Shown: in pieces, positions 34,746-44,209 of the stretch
How positions within the stretch are numbered: position 1 is the stretch's first letter
How the letters are laid out: every line of letters starts with the position of its first letter
Origin: Candidatus Pacearchaeota archaeon
GTDB lineage: Archaea > Nanobdellota > Nanobdellia > Pacearchaeales > GW2011-AR1
NCBI GenBank assembly: GCA_016186425.1
Contig: JACPLR010000007.1
Location: forward strand, 2,838 to 66,837
DNA length: 64,000 bases
Reading direction: 5' to 3'
Position numbers and translations under genes: made by a program
Notes under the pieces: model-generated
The model's database searches: none
What the model was told of the DNA's origin: nothing
Seen by the model: only the letters and a program-made list of their open reading frames with translations

Positions 34746-36197
34746 TTATTCATGAAAAATCTTTTCAGCCTTGCTCAATTGCCTAGAAGTCACAAATGGT
34801 ATATGCATTAAATGAGAAGACCTAAAGTTATGCAGCCCGTGATGTTCAAAGCCCCATAAAGGCCTTAATTCTCTTGTCAGCATATGCGGTTTCTTTTTAG
34901 TTATTCTTACTTCTCTTATCAGAGGAATAAAAATAATTGCAATAACCAGTCTCAAAATCCCAGAAACAAGGAAAATAAATAAAAATATATTTAATCCAAA
35001 ACTGCTTGCAGTGTTTACTCCATACTTTGCAATCAATCCGCCAATAGCAGAACCAAGAAATATTCCAATTCCTGTCAGTAAATTATTATATGTAACGCAC
35101 AAAGCTCTATGATTCTGTTTAGTTGAATCATAAACAAAATTAAAAGTTGATATTGCAAACCCTCCCCAAAAAATCCCTCCGATCAATGAAGGAACAAGAA
35201 TCAAATATAATTTAGAAGTTGAAAACATCCACAATATAGGAACTAAGGGAATGGCAAGACTGCTTACAACAATAACAAATCTATTCCCATACTTATCTGT
35301 TATTTTGCCCCAGAAACTATAAGTTAAAATAGAAAAAACACTTGAAGATAAATTAATTACCGTAAACCAAGTATAACTTAAATTTAATTCCTTCAGCATA
35401 TATACTGTAAAAAAAGGTGCAGAAATTGCAACAGCAAAGTACATAAGTGAAACAAATATTGTAAATTTTCCAAAATTAGTTTTCCTCATTCTTCCAAGAA
35501 ACTGCCAAAAAGAAAAATAATATCCTCTTCTCAATTTTAATGAAGGTTGGTATTGTCTGCTTAATAGCCTGCCAGAATAAAGCCTTGAGATCATGCCTAT
35601 TGAAAATAAAATGCTAAACCCAATAAAAACTAATCCTTTTGTTTTGAATAAATCAAGCAATAATCCCGCAGCGAACATTGAGAAGATGGCAATGCCCTCA
35701 ACAATTTTATTTCTTTTTGCAAAATACCATCCCCTATGTTTTTCAGGAACAAGATCTCCCATCCATGAAAACCATGCCGGACCGGGAACTGCACCAATGC
35801 CAACAAGCAATGAATAAAAAATAATTAATAATAAGGGAAGAGACTTCTGCCAGATATCAAAATAAAACATAACTCCAAGAAGCATAATTGGAATCCAAAT
35901 CAAAGCCTGTAAAATAACTGAAACAACAACAATTTTTTTTCTGGAATATCTTTCCATTAAATGTGAGCTTCCAAGTTGTGCCAGAGGGCCGATTAACCCA
36001 ACAAAACTTGATAAAAAACCAATCTGCAAATTGCTCGCCTTTAATGCAAGAGCATAAGGAGTGATAAAATAGCTGCTGGTGCCTGTCATGACAGAACTTG
36101 CCCCGCCTTCAAAAATACTTGTTTTTAGTGCCTCTTTTTTTGCTTTCTCAATCTCCCGTTCACTTAACCTAACCTCTTTATTTTCTTTATCAGCCAT
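34746..36197 (-). CDS. MFS-type transporter
   Basis: 483 aa with about 12 hydrophobic segments and a central loop. General MFS-like topology with a soluble N-terminal charged extension. Confidence 0.6.
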   Translation of the reverse strand: MADKENKEVRLSEREIEKAKKEALKTSIFEGGASSVMTGTSSYFITPYALALKASNLQIGFLSSFVGLIGPLAQLGSSHLMERYSRKKIVVVSVILQALIWIPIMLLGVMFYFDIWQKSLPLLLIIFYSLLVGIGAVPGPAWFSWMGDLVPEKHRGWYFAKRNKIVEGIAIFSMFAAGLLLDLFKTKGLVFIGFSILFSIGMISRLYSGRLLSRQYQPSLKLRRGYYFSFWQFLGRMRKTNFGKFTIFVSLMYFAVAISAPFFTVYMLKELNLSYTWFTVINLSSSVFSILTYSFWGKITDKYGNRFVIVVSSLAIPLVPILWMFSTSKLYLILVPSLIGGIFWGGFAISTFNFVYDSTKQNHRALCVTYNNLLTGIGIFLGSAIGGLIAKYGVNTASSFGLNIFLFIFLVSGILRLVIAIIFIPLIREVRITKKKPHMLTRELRPLWGFEHHGLHNFRSSHLMHIPFVTSRQLSKAEKIFHE

Positions 36198-36245
36198 CTT
36201 TTATAAAATATAAATAAAAAAGAAAGATAATGTTAATAAACTTAG

Positions 36246-36322
36246 CTATTAAAAGGAAAGTTTGATAAAGAAAACCATTGGTTCGCTTAAAAGGAAAGTT
36301 CATGAATTAAACAAACCATCAC
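36246..36322 (+). repeat. B-module, two free-standing tandem units
   Basis: CTATTAAAAGGAAAGTTTGATAAAGAAAACCATTGGTTCGC then TTAAAAGGAAAGTTCATGAATTAAACAAACCATCAC. Confidence 0.8.
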
Positions 36323-36342
36323 TTTAAATTAACAATCTTAAA

Positions 36343-36445
36343 TTAGGATTAAATTTTCTAAATGAAAATTTATTTATTGCTTATTTCCAAAATATTCTTG
36401 AATCTCACAATATTTTTACCTTATTTTTACATCTTAAGTTATTGG
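36343..36445 (+). repeat. IGR-A element, full length
   Basis: Hairpin AAATTTTC-taaat-GAAAATTT at 36351-36371. ATATTCTTGAATCTCACAATATTTTTACCTTATTTTTACATCTTAAGTTATTGG. Confidence 0.85.
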
Positions 36446-36478
36446 TTTTAATCGTTTTTATAAATTACATATTCCAGA

Positions 36479-36718
36479 TTAAATTTCCTTAGAAAAAAGC
36501 CCTATATCAATTGGCAGATTGAGCCTTATATCCTGTAAATTCTCAGATCTCTTTTTGAAACCAAGGATACCAATCCCAACTATATCATTAGTGACTTCAT
36601 CTTTAAACAAAGTTACCCCATCAGAAACTTCCTCCCCATAATTGGACTTAGGCTCGCCTACAAAAATCTCCAAATAATCACTTTCTTCATCATAATATAA
36701 ATTCATCTGTCCTTTCAT
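36479..36718 (-). CDS. DUF2283-like small protein
   Basis: MNLYYDEESDYLEIFVGEP...VTLFKDEVTNDIVGIGILGF matches the DUF2283 pattern. Confidence 0.5.
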   Translation of the reverse strand: MKGQMNLYYDEESDYLEIFVGEPKSNYGEEVSDGVTLFKDEVTNDIVGIGILGFKKRSENLQDIRLNLPIDIGLFSKEI

Positions 36719-36780
36719 TTTAACCTATATTTTTCACAAAATAAGACGTAATAACATATCCTTCTCCATTTAATATTTTA

Positions 36781-36934
36781 TGCGCCAGCCGGGAATTGAA
36801 CCCGGCTCTAAACCTTTTTCCACTGGTTGCAGGATTCTTTGAATTCATACAACGTGAATGGTTGCAGGATTCATAAAAACCCGCTGGTGGTTTTTATTTG
36901 GGAAGGTTTTATTCTGCCGATAAACTACAAGCGC
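36781..36934 (-). tRNA. tRNA-Gly(CCC) with 83-nt anticodon-loop intron
   Basis: Minus-strand read: GCGCTTG-TA-GTTT-ATCGGCA-GAAT-A-AAACC-TTCCCA[83 nt]A-GGTTT-AGAG-CCGGG-TTCAATT-CCCGG-CTGGCGC-A. The anticodon stem is a perfect 5 bp. There is one U:U mismatch in the acceptor stem (6:67). No encoded CCA. Confidence 0.7.
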
Positions 36935-37032
36935 ATAAACAAATATATAAGACCTTTAATTAAAAACCTTTATTAATCTTTTTAAATTGCTTTATACTAG
37001 GTAATTTATATTAAATAAATCATCAGAAAAAA

Positions 37033-38901
37033 ATGGCTAACAAAAAGTTTTACGTTACGACACCAATATTTTACCCTACTGCCGAACCACATATAGGAAC
37101 AGCCTATACAGTTATTGCGGCAGATATTTTAGCTAGATGGAACTCTATTCAAAACAAAGATGTTTTCTTCTTAACAGGAACTGATGAAAATGCGAAAAAG
37201 GTATTTCAAGCAGCTCAAGAAAGAAGAATTCCAATAAAAGAATTTGTAGACAAATTATCTCAGGATTTTAAAGAAGCATGGAAAAAACTCAATATAAGTT
37301 ATAATAGATTCATAAGAACAACTGATAAAGATCATGAAAAAACAGTTCAAAATTTATTAAATATAACTTATAAAAAAGGAGATATTTATCTTGGAAAGTA
37401 TGAAGGCTACTATTGCATTGCTTGCGAAGCGTATTATACTGAAAAAGATCTAATTAATGGATGCTGCCCAACACATCAAACAAAGGCAGAACTTATTAAA
37501 GAGGAAAGTTATTTTTTTAAATTAAGCAAGTATCAAAAGAAACTTTTAGACTTATACAAGAAAAACCCAGAATTTATCCAGCCCGCTTCAAAAAAACAGG
37601 AAATAATAAATAGAGTAAAAAAGGAATTAAGAGACTTAAGCATCTCAAGAAAAGATTATGGTTGGGGAATAAAACTTCCATTTGATAAAACTCATTGTGT
37701 CTATGTTTGGTATGATGCCTTAACAAATTACTACACTGCAACTAGAGAAAAAGGAAAAGAAAAATACTGGCCAGCCGATGTTCACTTAGTGGGCAAGGAC
37801 ATTTTATGGTTCCATAGTGTTATCTGGCCTGCGATTCTCTTTTCTGTAGGAATTAAATTGCCCAAAACAGTATATGCTCACGGATGGTGGACCTTTAACA
37901 ATGAAAAAATATCAAAATCAAGAGGAAAGGTAATTAATGTAGACGAATTAATCTCAATTGCAGGAGTTGATTCAGCTAGATATTTCTTATTCAGAGAAAC
38001 TCCTTTTGGAGAAGATGGAGATTTTTCAACAGAAGCTTTGATTAACAGGCATAACAACGAGCTTGCAAATAAGCTAGGTAACTTAATCTCAAGAGTTTCA
38101 ACACTCGCTGAAACTCACGGCTTGAAAAAAACACAAAACAAACTAATAAAGAAATTGAAAATTAAAGAAATTCAGAATTACATTGATAATTACCAGTTTG
38201 ATAAAGCCCTAAGCGAGATTTTTGCTTTCATAGACAAATGCAATTTATTTATTCAGGATAAAAAACCATGGGAAAATGCAACAAAAAACAAAAGTGAAAT
38301 CCTCTACGAACTGGCTGATTCAATAAAAGCAATTGCAATTTTATTATATCCATTCACTCCACAAACTAGCGAAAAAATTGCAAAGCAATTTCATTTTAAT
38401 ATAACCTTCAAAGAAATAAGCAAGCCCTTAACAATTAGCAAAATTAAAAAATCAGAGATTTTATTCAGAAAAATTGATATAAAAAATAAAACTGAAGAAA
38501 AAAATAAAAAAGATAATATTAATAAATCTAGTTTATCTAGCAGAATTGAAGGTATTGCAGCAATGAATACAATAAACTATAATGAATGGGAAAAACTGGA
38601 TTTAAGAGTCGGTCAAATAATAAAAGTTGAAGACATAGAAGGGGCTGATAAATTATACAAGTTAGAAATTGACCTTGGAAAACAACTCGGGAAAAGAACT
38701 GTCTGCGCTGGAATAAAACAGCATTACAAAAAAGACCAGTTAAAAAATAAAAAAGTTATTATTTTTGCAAATCTCGCTCCAAGAATGATTAAAGGCATAG
38801 AAAGCAAGGGCATGTTGCTTGCGGCAGTTAATGAAAATGAAAGCAAAATAATTTTAATTTCTCCAGAAAAAGATATTGAGCTTGGCAGCAAGATAAGATA
38901 A
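37033..38901 (+). CDS. metG: methionyl-tRNA synthetase with C-terminal EMAP/Trbp111-like tRNA-binding domain
   Basis: HIGH variant PTAEPHIGTAYT and KMSKS variant EKISKSRGK. The C-terminal LDLRVGQIIKVEDIEGADKLYKLEIDLG... is an OB-fold tRNA-binding domain. Confidence 0.9.
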   Translation: MANKKFYVTTPIFYPTAEPHIGTAYTVIAADILARWNSIQNKDVFFLTGTDENAKKVFQAAQERRIPIKEFVDKLSQDFKEAWKKLNISYNRFIRTTDKDHEKTVQNLLNITYKKGDIYLGKYEGYYCIACEAYYTEKDLINGCCPTHQTKAELIKEESYFFKLSKYQKKLLDLYKKNPEFIQPASKKQEIINRVKKELRDLSISRKDYGWGIKLPFDKTHCVYVWYDALTNYYTATREKGKEKYWPADVHLVGKDILWFHSVIWPAILFSVGIKLPKTVYAHGWWTFNNEKISKSRGKVINVDELISIAGVDSARYFLFRETPFGEDGDFSTEALINRHNNELANKLGNLISRVSTLAETHGLKKTQNKLIKKLKIKEIQNYIDNYQFDKALSEIFAFIDKCNLFIQDKKPWENATKNKSEILYELADSIKAIAILLYPFTPQTSEKIAKQFHFNITFKEISKPLTISKIKKSEILFRKIDIKNKTEEKNKKDNINKSSLSSRIEGIAAMNTINYNEWEKLDLRVGQIIKVEDIEGADKLYKLEIDLGKQLGKRTVCAGIKQHYKKDQLKNKKVIIFANLAPRMIKGIESKGMLLAAVNENESKIILISPEKDIELGSKIR

Positions 38902-38972
38902 ACAACTGAATTATTATTCTCAATTAAAAATATAAAACATAGTTTTTTAAATAGGATTTAGCTATTTTTATT

Positions 38973-39605
38973 ATGAAGGAACTTGATAAAATATTAGAGG
39001 ATAAAGAAAAAGTGTTCTGGGAAGGCAAGCCAAAATTCTGGCCATTTTTACTTGGAGGTTCAATAGTTACTACAATAATTGGATTATTCTGGATGTTGTT
39101 CTTAATTCCATTTGTAGGATTAGCTATCTATGATATTATTTGGGGTTCTCATATTTTAGGATTTGGAATTTTTTTACTACCTCACTTTTGGATTGGAATA
39201 ATATTGGTTTTTGGTATTCCAATTTATCAAATTCTTGTTTATAAGCATGTATATTATGCAATTACAAATAAAAGAATCTTATTCCAAAAAGGGTTAATTG
39301 GTAGAGATTTTGAAATAACTGATTTTGATCAAATAACAAATGCAGAGGTAAATGTTGGTTTATTTGACAAATTATTTGGAGGCAATTCGGGCAGTATTTT
39401 AATTTCCACTGCTGGATCTTTTACTTATGGAAGACACGGACAGCAAATTTCAAAACCATATTCTTTAAGAAACATAGAAAATCCTTATGAAGTCTTTAAA
39501 TTCTTTAAGAAAATTTCCCATGCAGTAAAAACAGACATTCAATATCCTAATAAATATAGACCTTCGACAAATCCAGGATATAATAGTAAGTATAATTCAA
39601 AATAA
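38973..39605 (+). CDS. membrane protein with bacterial PH (bPH_2/YdbS-like) domain
   Basis: Two N-terminal TM segments followed by YYAITNKRILFQKG...ITDFDQITNAEV, typical of the DUF304/bPH_2 family. Confidence 0.55.
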   Translation: MKELDKILEDKEKVFWEGKPKFWPFLLGGSIVTTIIGLFWMLFLIPFVGLAIYDIIWGSHILGFGIFLLPHFWIGIILVFGIPIYQILVYKHVYYAITNKRILFQKGLIGRDFEITDFDQITNAEVNVGLFDKLFGGNSGSILISTAGSFTYGRHGQQISKPYSLRNIENPYEVFKFFKKISHAVKTDIQYPNKYRPSTNPGYNSKYNSK

Positions 39606-39617
39606 TTTTAGTTATAT

Positions 39618-40385
39618 TTATCTTCCTCTCAAATTGACAAGAATCCTTTCCCATAAACTTTCATTTTCAGCACTGGCTTTTCTGCCAATAATCTTAGCAG
39701 CAATTTGCTTATAGCTCTTTGCAGCTTTGCTTCTTGGATGAGTGTGAATAACCGCATTTCTTAATGATAAAGACTCCTGTATTTTATCATCTTCAGGGAC
39801 AACTCCCAAGGTAGGCAATTCTAACATTTCTTTAATGCTTGCCAAAGACATTTCGCTCTTGCTTCCGGTAACCCGGGTAATTATAACTCCTTTAACGCTT
39901 TTACCCATATTTTCAGCAACTTTAGCTGTTTTCAGAGCATCGGTCACTGCAGGCATATTAGGATTTGTAACAATTATAACTTCATCAGCCAATTCCAAGG
40001 CACTAATTGCCTCACTGCCAAGTCCTGCAGCAGAATCAAAAATAACAATATCTGAAACTTTTCTTAGATCTTTTGCAAAATTCTTTAGCTCTTTAGTATC
40101 AGCACTGTCCAAATCCTTAATTGAAAGTGAAGCTGGAATAACTTTTGCTCCTGACTCATGCTCATAAATAGCATCAACTAGATCGGCCTTGCCTGAAAGA
40201 ACATGATTTAAAGTTACTGGCACAACAGGAGCTCCCAAATGCAGTCCAATATTTGGAGTAGTTAAATTAGCATCAACTAAAGTGACATCTTCATCAAAAG
40301 AACTTAAAGCAGCTGCAAGATTAACAGCAGTTGTACTTTTGCCAACCCCACCCTTACCTGAAGTAATTACAATAAACCTAGACAT
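39618..40385 (-). CDS. minD: MinD/ParA-family P-loop ATPase
   Basis: Deviant Walker A ITSGKGGVGKSTTAVNLAAAL. The Walker B region VIFDSAAG and the size (255 aa) fit archaeal MinD. Confidence 0.8.
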   Translation of the reverse strand: MSRFIVITSGKGGVGKSTTAVNLAAALSSFDEDVTLVDANLTTPNIGLHLGAPVVPVTLNHVLSGKADLVDAIYEHESGAKVIPASLSIKDLDSADTKELKNFAKDLRKVSDIVIFDSAAGLGSEAISALELADEVIIVTNPNMPAVTDALKTAKVAENMGKSVKGVIITRVTGSKSEMSLASIKEMLELPTLGVVPEDDKIQESLSLRNAVIHTHPRSKAAKSYKQIAAKIIGRKASAENESLWERILVNLRGR

Positions 40386-40433
40386 TTTAGATATTCCTCT
40401 TGTTGTTTCCTTTTAATTAGTAACCCTATAAAA

Positions 40434-40874
40434 TTAGGATGAAAGAAATTGTTTAAGATAATTTATAAACCTTTCTAACAAAATTGAGTATTCTTTCAGT
40501 TTATCAAGGTTAATTTTTATTTGATCCCCCTTGTAAGTTACCTTTAAAGCAACATTTTTCCTAAACTCGCCTTCAGACTCTTTATGCAATTCTTCGATTC
40601 TTCTGAACATCTCATAAAGATCAATAGTATCTAAAACTGCTTGTTCTTTCTTAAAAATGTCCTTAAGCAAATCTATTTTCTGCTTTGGAGAAGAAGGAAT
40701 GGATTTTATCATTTTCCTTTTCTTAGCATGCTCAAGGATTCTTTCAAACCCGTAATCAATCATAGTAGCCCACCTAAGAATAAGGTTTACAATTACCTCT
40801 GAGGTTTTTGTATACTTTAAACTAACATACAGCAGATGGTCTGCACTTATTTTTTCTTTAATAATTCGATCCAT
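40434..40874 (-). CDS. hypothetical helical protein (146 aa) downstream of minD
   Basis: Clean ORF on the same strand 48 nt from minD. No family recognised. Confidence 0.45.
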   Translation of the reverse strand: MDRIIKEKISADHLLYVSLKYTKTSEVIVNLILRWATMIDYGFERILEHAKKRKMIKSIPSSPKQKIDLLKDIFKKEQAVLDTIDLYEMFRRIEELHKESEGEFRKNVALKVTYKGDQIKINLDKLKEYSILLERFINYLKQFLSS

Positions 40875-41092
40875 ACACTAATATTCACTCTCTTTTTCTA
40901 ATAAAGATTAGATGCCTTTTGCAAAAAGCAGCAAAGGGTGCGTAAAATCCAAGCTAAACAGGTATTTATATTTTATGTTTCTTAATTTATTTTACAAAAT
41001 ATTATAAACTCAGAAATAGTAAAAGAAAATGAAAATAAAAGGCTAAACTTAATTAATTATTAATCAAAATAGTCCAAACAGATAAACCATGT

Positions 41093-41195
41093 AAATGCAT
41101 TGTTATATTTTCAAAACAATTTTCTAAACATACAATATTAAATTTTCCTAGGTGAAAAATTTATGGCTGATTTATATAAATAACCTGCTAATTAT
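41093..41195 (+). repeat. IGR-A element, rearranged (hairpin-2-like part precedes hairpin 1)
   Basis: AATGCATTGTTATATTTTCAAAACAATTTTC... followed by AAATTTTC-ctaggt-GAAAAATTT at 41140-41162. Confidence 0.5.
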
Positions 41196-41300
41196 TAAAA
41201 ATCTTATGTTTCTAGAACTAAAATACAAAAATTTAAAAGATAGATTAAATGATAAACTATATAATATAAAAAATCTACCTTAATACAATACACAAATAAA

Positions 41301-42704
41301 ATGTCAATGATTGGTTTGGAGATACACGGTTATTTAGCAACAAAAGAAAAACTTTTTTGCAGATGCAATATTAATCATGATAAAGAGAATAAAGAACAGA
41401 TCAAGCCAAACACAAATATCTGCCCAATCTGCACAGGCCAGCCCGGTTCAAAACCACTAATTCCAAACTCTGAAGCAATAAAAAAGTGCATTCAAACAGC
41501 TTTAATGTTAAATACAAAAGTAAATACTTCTGATAATACAGATGAAAAAAGTAAGAATAATAAGAAACTAGTCTGGCAGAGAAAACATTATAGCTGGCCA
41601 GATCTGCCAAAAGGTTATCAAAATACCCTTTCAGGAACTTATGCAATTCCTATTGCTGAAAACGGAAAATTTCTTGGAATAAGAATTAGAGAGTTACATT
41701 TGGAAGAAGATCCGGCTGCCTGGGATCCAGTAACTGGATGCATTGACTATAATCGTTCTGGTTCTCCGCTAATTGAAATTGTTACAGAACCTGATTTTAC
41801 TACAGCTGAAGAAGTCTCTAATTGGCTAAAACAATTAATCTTAACTTTATCATATATCAAAGCAATAAGCAAAGAAGCAGGAATAAAAGCAGATGTGAAT
41901 GTTAATATTCATAAAATTAGCGAAAGAACAGAAATAAAAAATGTTAATTCAATTTCAGAAATAGTTAATGCAATTAATTACGAGCTGAAACGACATGAAA
42001 AAGAAAAGCCAAAGCACAAAGAAACTAGAAGATGGAATGCAGAAAAACAAAAAACAGAGCAAATGAGAGAAAAAGAAGGAGCAGCGGACTATCGTTTTAT
42101 ATCAGACCCTGATCTTCCAGTAATAAAAATAAACAATAGACTAGTAAATGAAATAAATACAAAACTTCCAGAATCCCCAAAGGAAAAACTTGAAAAATTA
42201 ATCAAAAAGCATAAAATCGGCCAAAAAGACGCAGAAGTCTTAACAAATAACCTTGAGTTAGTTGAATTTTTTGAAGAGGTTTCAAAAAAAATAAATCCAA
42301 GCTTCGCTCTTTCATGGATTACAACCGAGTTATTAAGAGTTTTAAATTACAATAAAATAACTCTAGATCAAGTTTTCATATCAACAGAACATTTTACAGA
42401 GTTACTGCAAGCTGTAAAAGATAAAAAACTGACAGAATTAAAAGCAAAGCAAATACTTAATACTTTTATTCCAAAATCTCATTCAATAAAAAGTAAATTA
42501 AGCTCAAACCAAAGAATAACTGATAAATCTGAAATAAAAAAGCTTTGCGAACAAGCTATAAAGAATAACAAAAAAGCTACTGATGATTTTAAAGCTGGAG
42601 AAAAAAAGGCTTTTGATTTCCTTCTTGGAGAGATTATGAAAATAAGTAACAGGCGAGCTGATTACCAAATTGCCAAAGAAGAGCTGATTAAATTGTTAAA
42701 ATAA
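41301..42704 (+). CDS. gatB: Asp/Glu-tRNA amidotransferase subunit B
   Basis: N-terminal MIGLEIHGYLATKEKLFCRC. ELHLEEDPA. C-terminal GatB/YqeY tail FLLGEIMKISNRRADYQIAKEELIKLL. At 467 aa it fits GatB rather than GatE. Confidence 0.85.
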   Translation: MSMIGLEIHGYLATKEKLFCRCNINHDKENKEQIKPNTNICPICTGQPGSKPLIPNSEAIKKCIQTALMLNTKVNTSDNTDEKSKNNKKLVWQRKHYSWPDLPKGYQNTLSGTYAIPIAENGKFLGIRIRELHLEEDPAAWDPVTGCIDYNRSGSPLIEIVTEPDFTTAEEVSNWLKQLILTLSYIKAISKEAGIKADVNVNIHKISERTEIKNVNSISEIVNAINYELKRHEKEKPKHKETRRWNAEKQKTEQMREKEGAADYRFISDPDLPVIKINNRLVNEINTKLPESPKEKLEKLIKKHKIGQKDAEVLTNNLELVEFFEEVSKKINPSFALSWITTELLRVLNYNKITLDQVFISTEHFTELLQAVKDKKLTELKAKQILNTFIPKSHSIKSKLSSNQRITDKSEIKKLCEQAIKNNKKATDDFKAGEKKAFDFLLGEIMKISNRRADYQIAKEELIKLLK

Positions 42705-43880
42705 TCCTTTTGCTATCTCAACAACCTTATCCAAGAAACCCAATTCTATAACAATTGCAAGAATTAAAAGCAAAGAAACAATAACTATTATTATAAAATT
42801 ATTCTTAATCCAGTATTCGGGATTTCTCTCACTGTATTTCTTGGATTTATAATTCATCAGAAGAATCAAAATTCCGGTTAACCCTCCGGCAACAACTCCC
42901 CCAATGCCAAGAACTGTTTTAAAGTCAAGCAAGTCAAATAAGCTTATTAAAATATAAAGCGCTAAAGGCAGGACAGAAACAAGCCAAAAAGAACTTTTCT
43001 TCTTAAATTTTAAATCAATCATAAACATATCCTTTAATGCAAAGCTTAACACAAAATAACTGGTTAGCATTGTAAAAATCCCAAGAAAAGCAATTGTTTT
43101 TCCAGAAGATATTGTTGCAACTTCTTTTATTCCAATGCCTAAAGCCCCAACAAAAGCTAATGTAAAAAGAAAATAAGCAATTACAGGTATTATTGTGCCA
43201 ATTATCAGCGCTTTTTTCAGCTTATCTTTATTATATTTCATTATTCTTCCAACTTCAGGTATTGAACTAAATCCAAGAAGAGCAAATAAAACAGTTCCTA
43301 AAGGAAAGAAAAATAAACCAGTATTATTGTAAGACAAATTCTGCAGTTTTATTCCAGGAAGAAAATAAATAAAAATTCCTATAATCAAAACTAAAATAAC
43401 TGCCACCCCCCACGCCTCAACTTTCTTCAGGCCTTTCAGCCCTTCTCTCAAAAGCATTGTCATAACAAGCCAGAATAAAAATGCAAAAACAACAGCATTT
43501 TTTTCATGTCCAAAAACAATATAAGAAATACTCTGCCCCTCTCCAATTAGATAAGCAATTAAAGCAGAGTAAATTCCAAAAATCATTGCAAAAACCATGG
43601 CCCATTTTCCATACTTTCCAAGATACTTTTCAGCATATCCTGTCAGTTGATGATTTTCGTTTGTCCTTAGTATAATTTCTCCCATATATAAATGAATAAA
43701 CAGCATTAAAATTCCTAAAACAACAAGCCAAAATAATCCAATAAGAAACCCGGATTGAGAAAAAACATAAGGTAGTCCGAGTATCCCTGCCCCGATAATT
43801 GCTCCTGTTAAAGTAAATGTTCCATCTAAAAAATTCTTGCTCGCTCCCTTGCTAGCAAAATTAAACAGCCTCTTTTTCAT
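42696..43880 (-). CDS. amino acid permease (aromatic amino acid/Trp-Tyr permease-like)
   Basis: 394 aa with about 11 TM segments. The N-terminal GAIIGAGILGLPYVFSQSG motif is typical of this transporter family. Confidence 0.6.
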   Translation of the reverse strand: MKKRLFNFASKGASKNFLDGTFTLTGAIIGAGILGLPYVFSQSGFLIGLFWLVVLGILMLFIHLYMGEIILRTNENHQLTGYAEKYLGKYGKWAMVFAMIFGIYSALIAYLIGEGQSISYIVFGHEKNAVVFAFLFWLVMTMLLREGLKGLKKVEAWGVAVILVLIIGIFIYFLPGIKLQNLSYNNTGLFFFPLGTVLFALLGFSSIPEVGRIMKYNKDKLKKALIIGTIIPVIAYFLFTLAFVGALGIGIKEVATISSGKTIAFLGIFTMLTSYFVLSFALKDMFMIDLKFKKKSSFWLVSVLPLALYILISLFDLLDFKTVLGIGGVVAGGLTGILILLMNYKSKKYSERNPEYWIKNNFIIIVIVSLLLILAIVIELGFLDKVVEIAKGLF

Positions 43881-43939
43881 AAAATAGAAAATACAAGCAA
43901 GTTTTTAAATATGCATTATCGCTTTTATAATAAGCTAAA

Positions 43940-44033
43940 GGGCCTATAGTTCAATGGATAAAACATTCGGCTTCGGTTACCACCTATTAATAGGAGATAC
44001 CGGAAGATCTAGGTTCGAATCCTAGTAGGCCCA
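43940..44033 (+). tRNA. tRNA-Arg(UCG) with 22-nt anticodon-loop intron
   Basis: GGGCCTA-TA-GTTC-AATGGATA-AAAC-A-TTCGG-CTTCGG[22 nt]A-CCGGA-AGAT-CTAGG-TTCGAAT-CCTAG-TAGGCCC-A. The acceptor and T stems are perfect. No encoded CCA. Confidence 0.75.
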
Positions 44034-44104
44034 TTTTTTAATTAAAGTTTAATTAAAAAACAAGATAAAACAAAAAAATATTAATTTAGTTTAAATAAAT
44101 GTTA

Positions 44105-44172
44105 AATTAGGCATAAATTTTCCTCTTAAAAGGAAAGTTTGATAAAGAAAACCATTGGTTGTCTTTATTTTC
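44105..44172 (+). repeat. IGR-A element, 5' part with one B module
   Basis: AATTAGGCATAAATTTTCCTCTTAAAAGGAAAGTTTGATAAAGAAAACCATTGGTTGTCTTTATTTT. The B part is near-identical to the 8393 copy. Confidence 0.85.
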
Positions 44173-44209
44173 CACAACCTTAATAAATGCCTTAAACTTT
44201 TATCTGAAC

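Noticed and set aside
40915-40960. Relatively GC-rich imperfect hairpin GCCTTTTGC-aaaaagca-GCAAAGGGTGC upstream of 40434-40874 as an ncRNA
   Set aside because: It is a single short imperfect stem with no repeat or covariation evidence. It could be a promoter-proximal structure or chance, and is not supportable as a gene.
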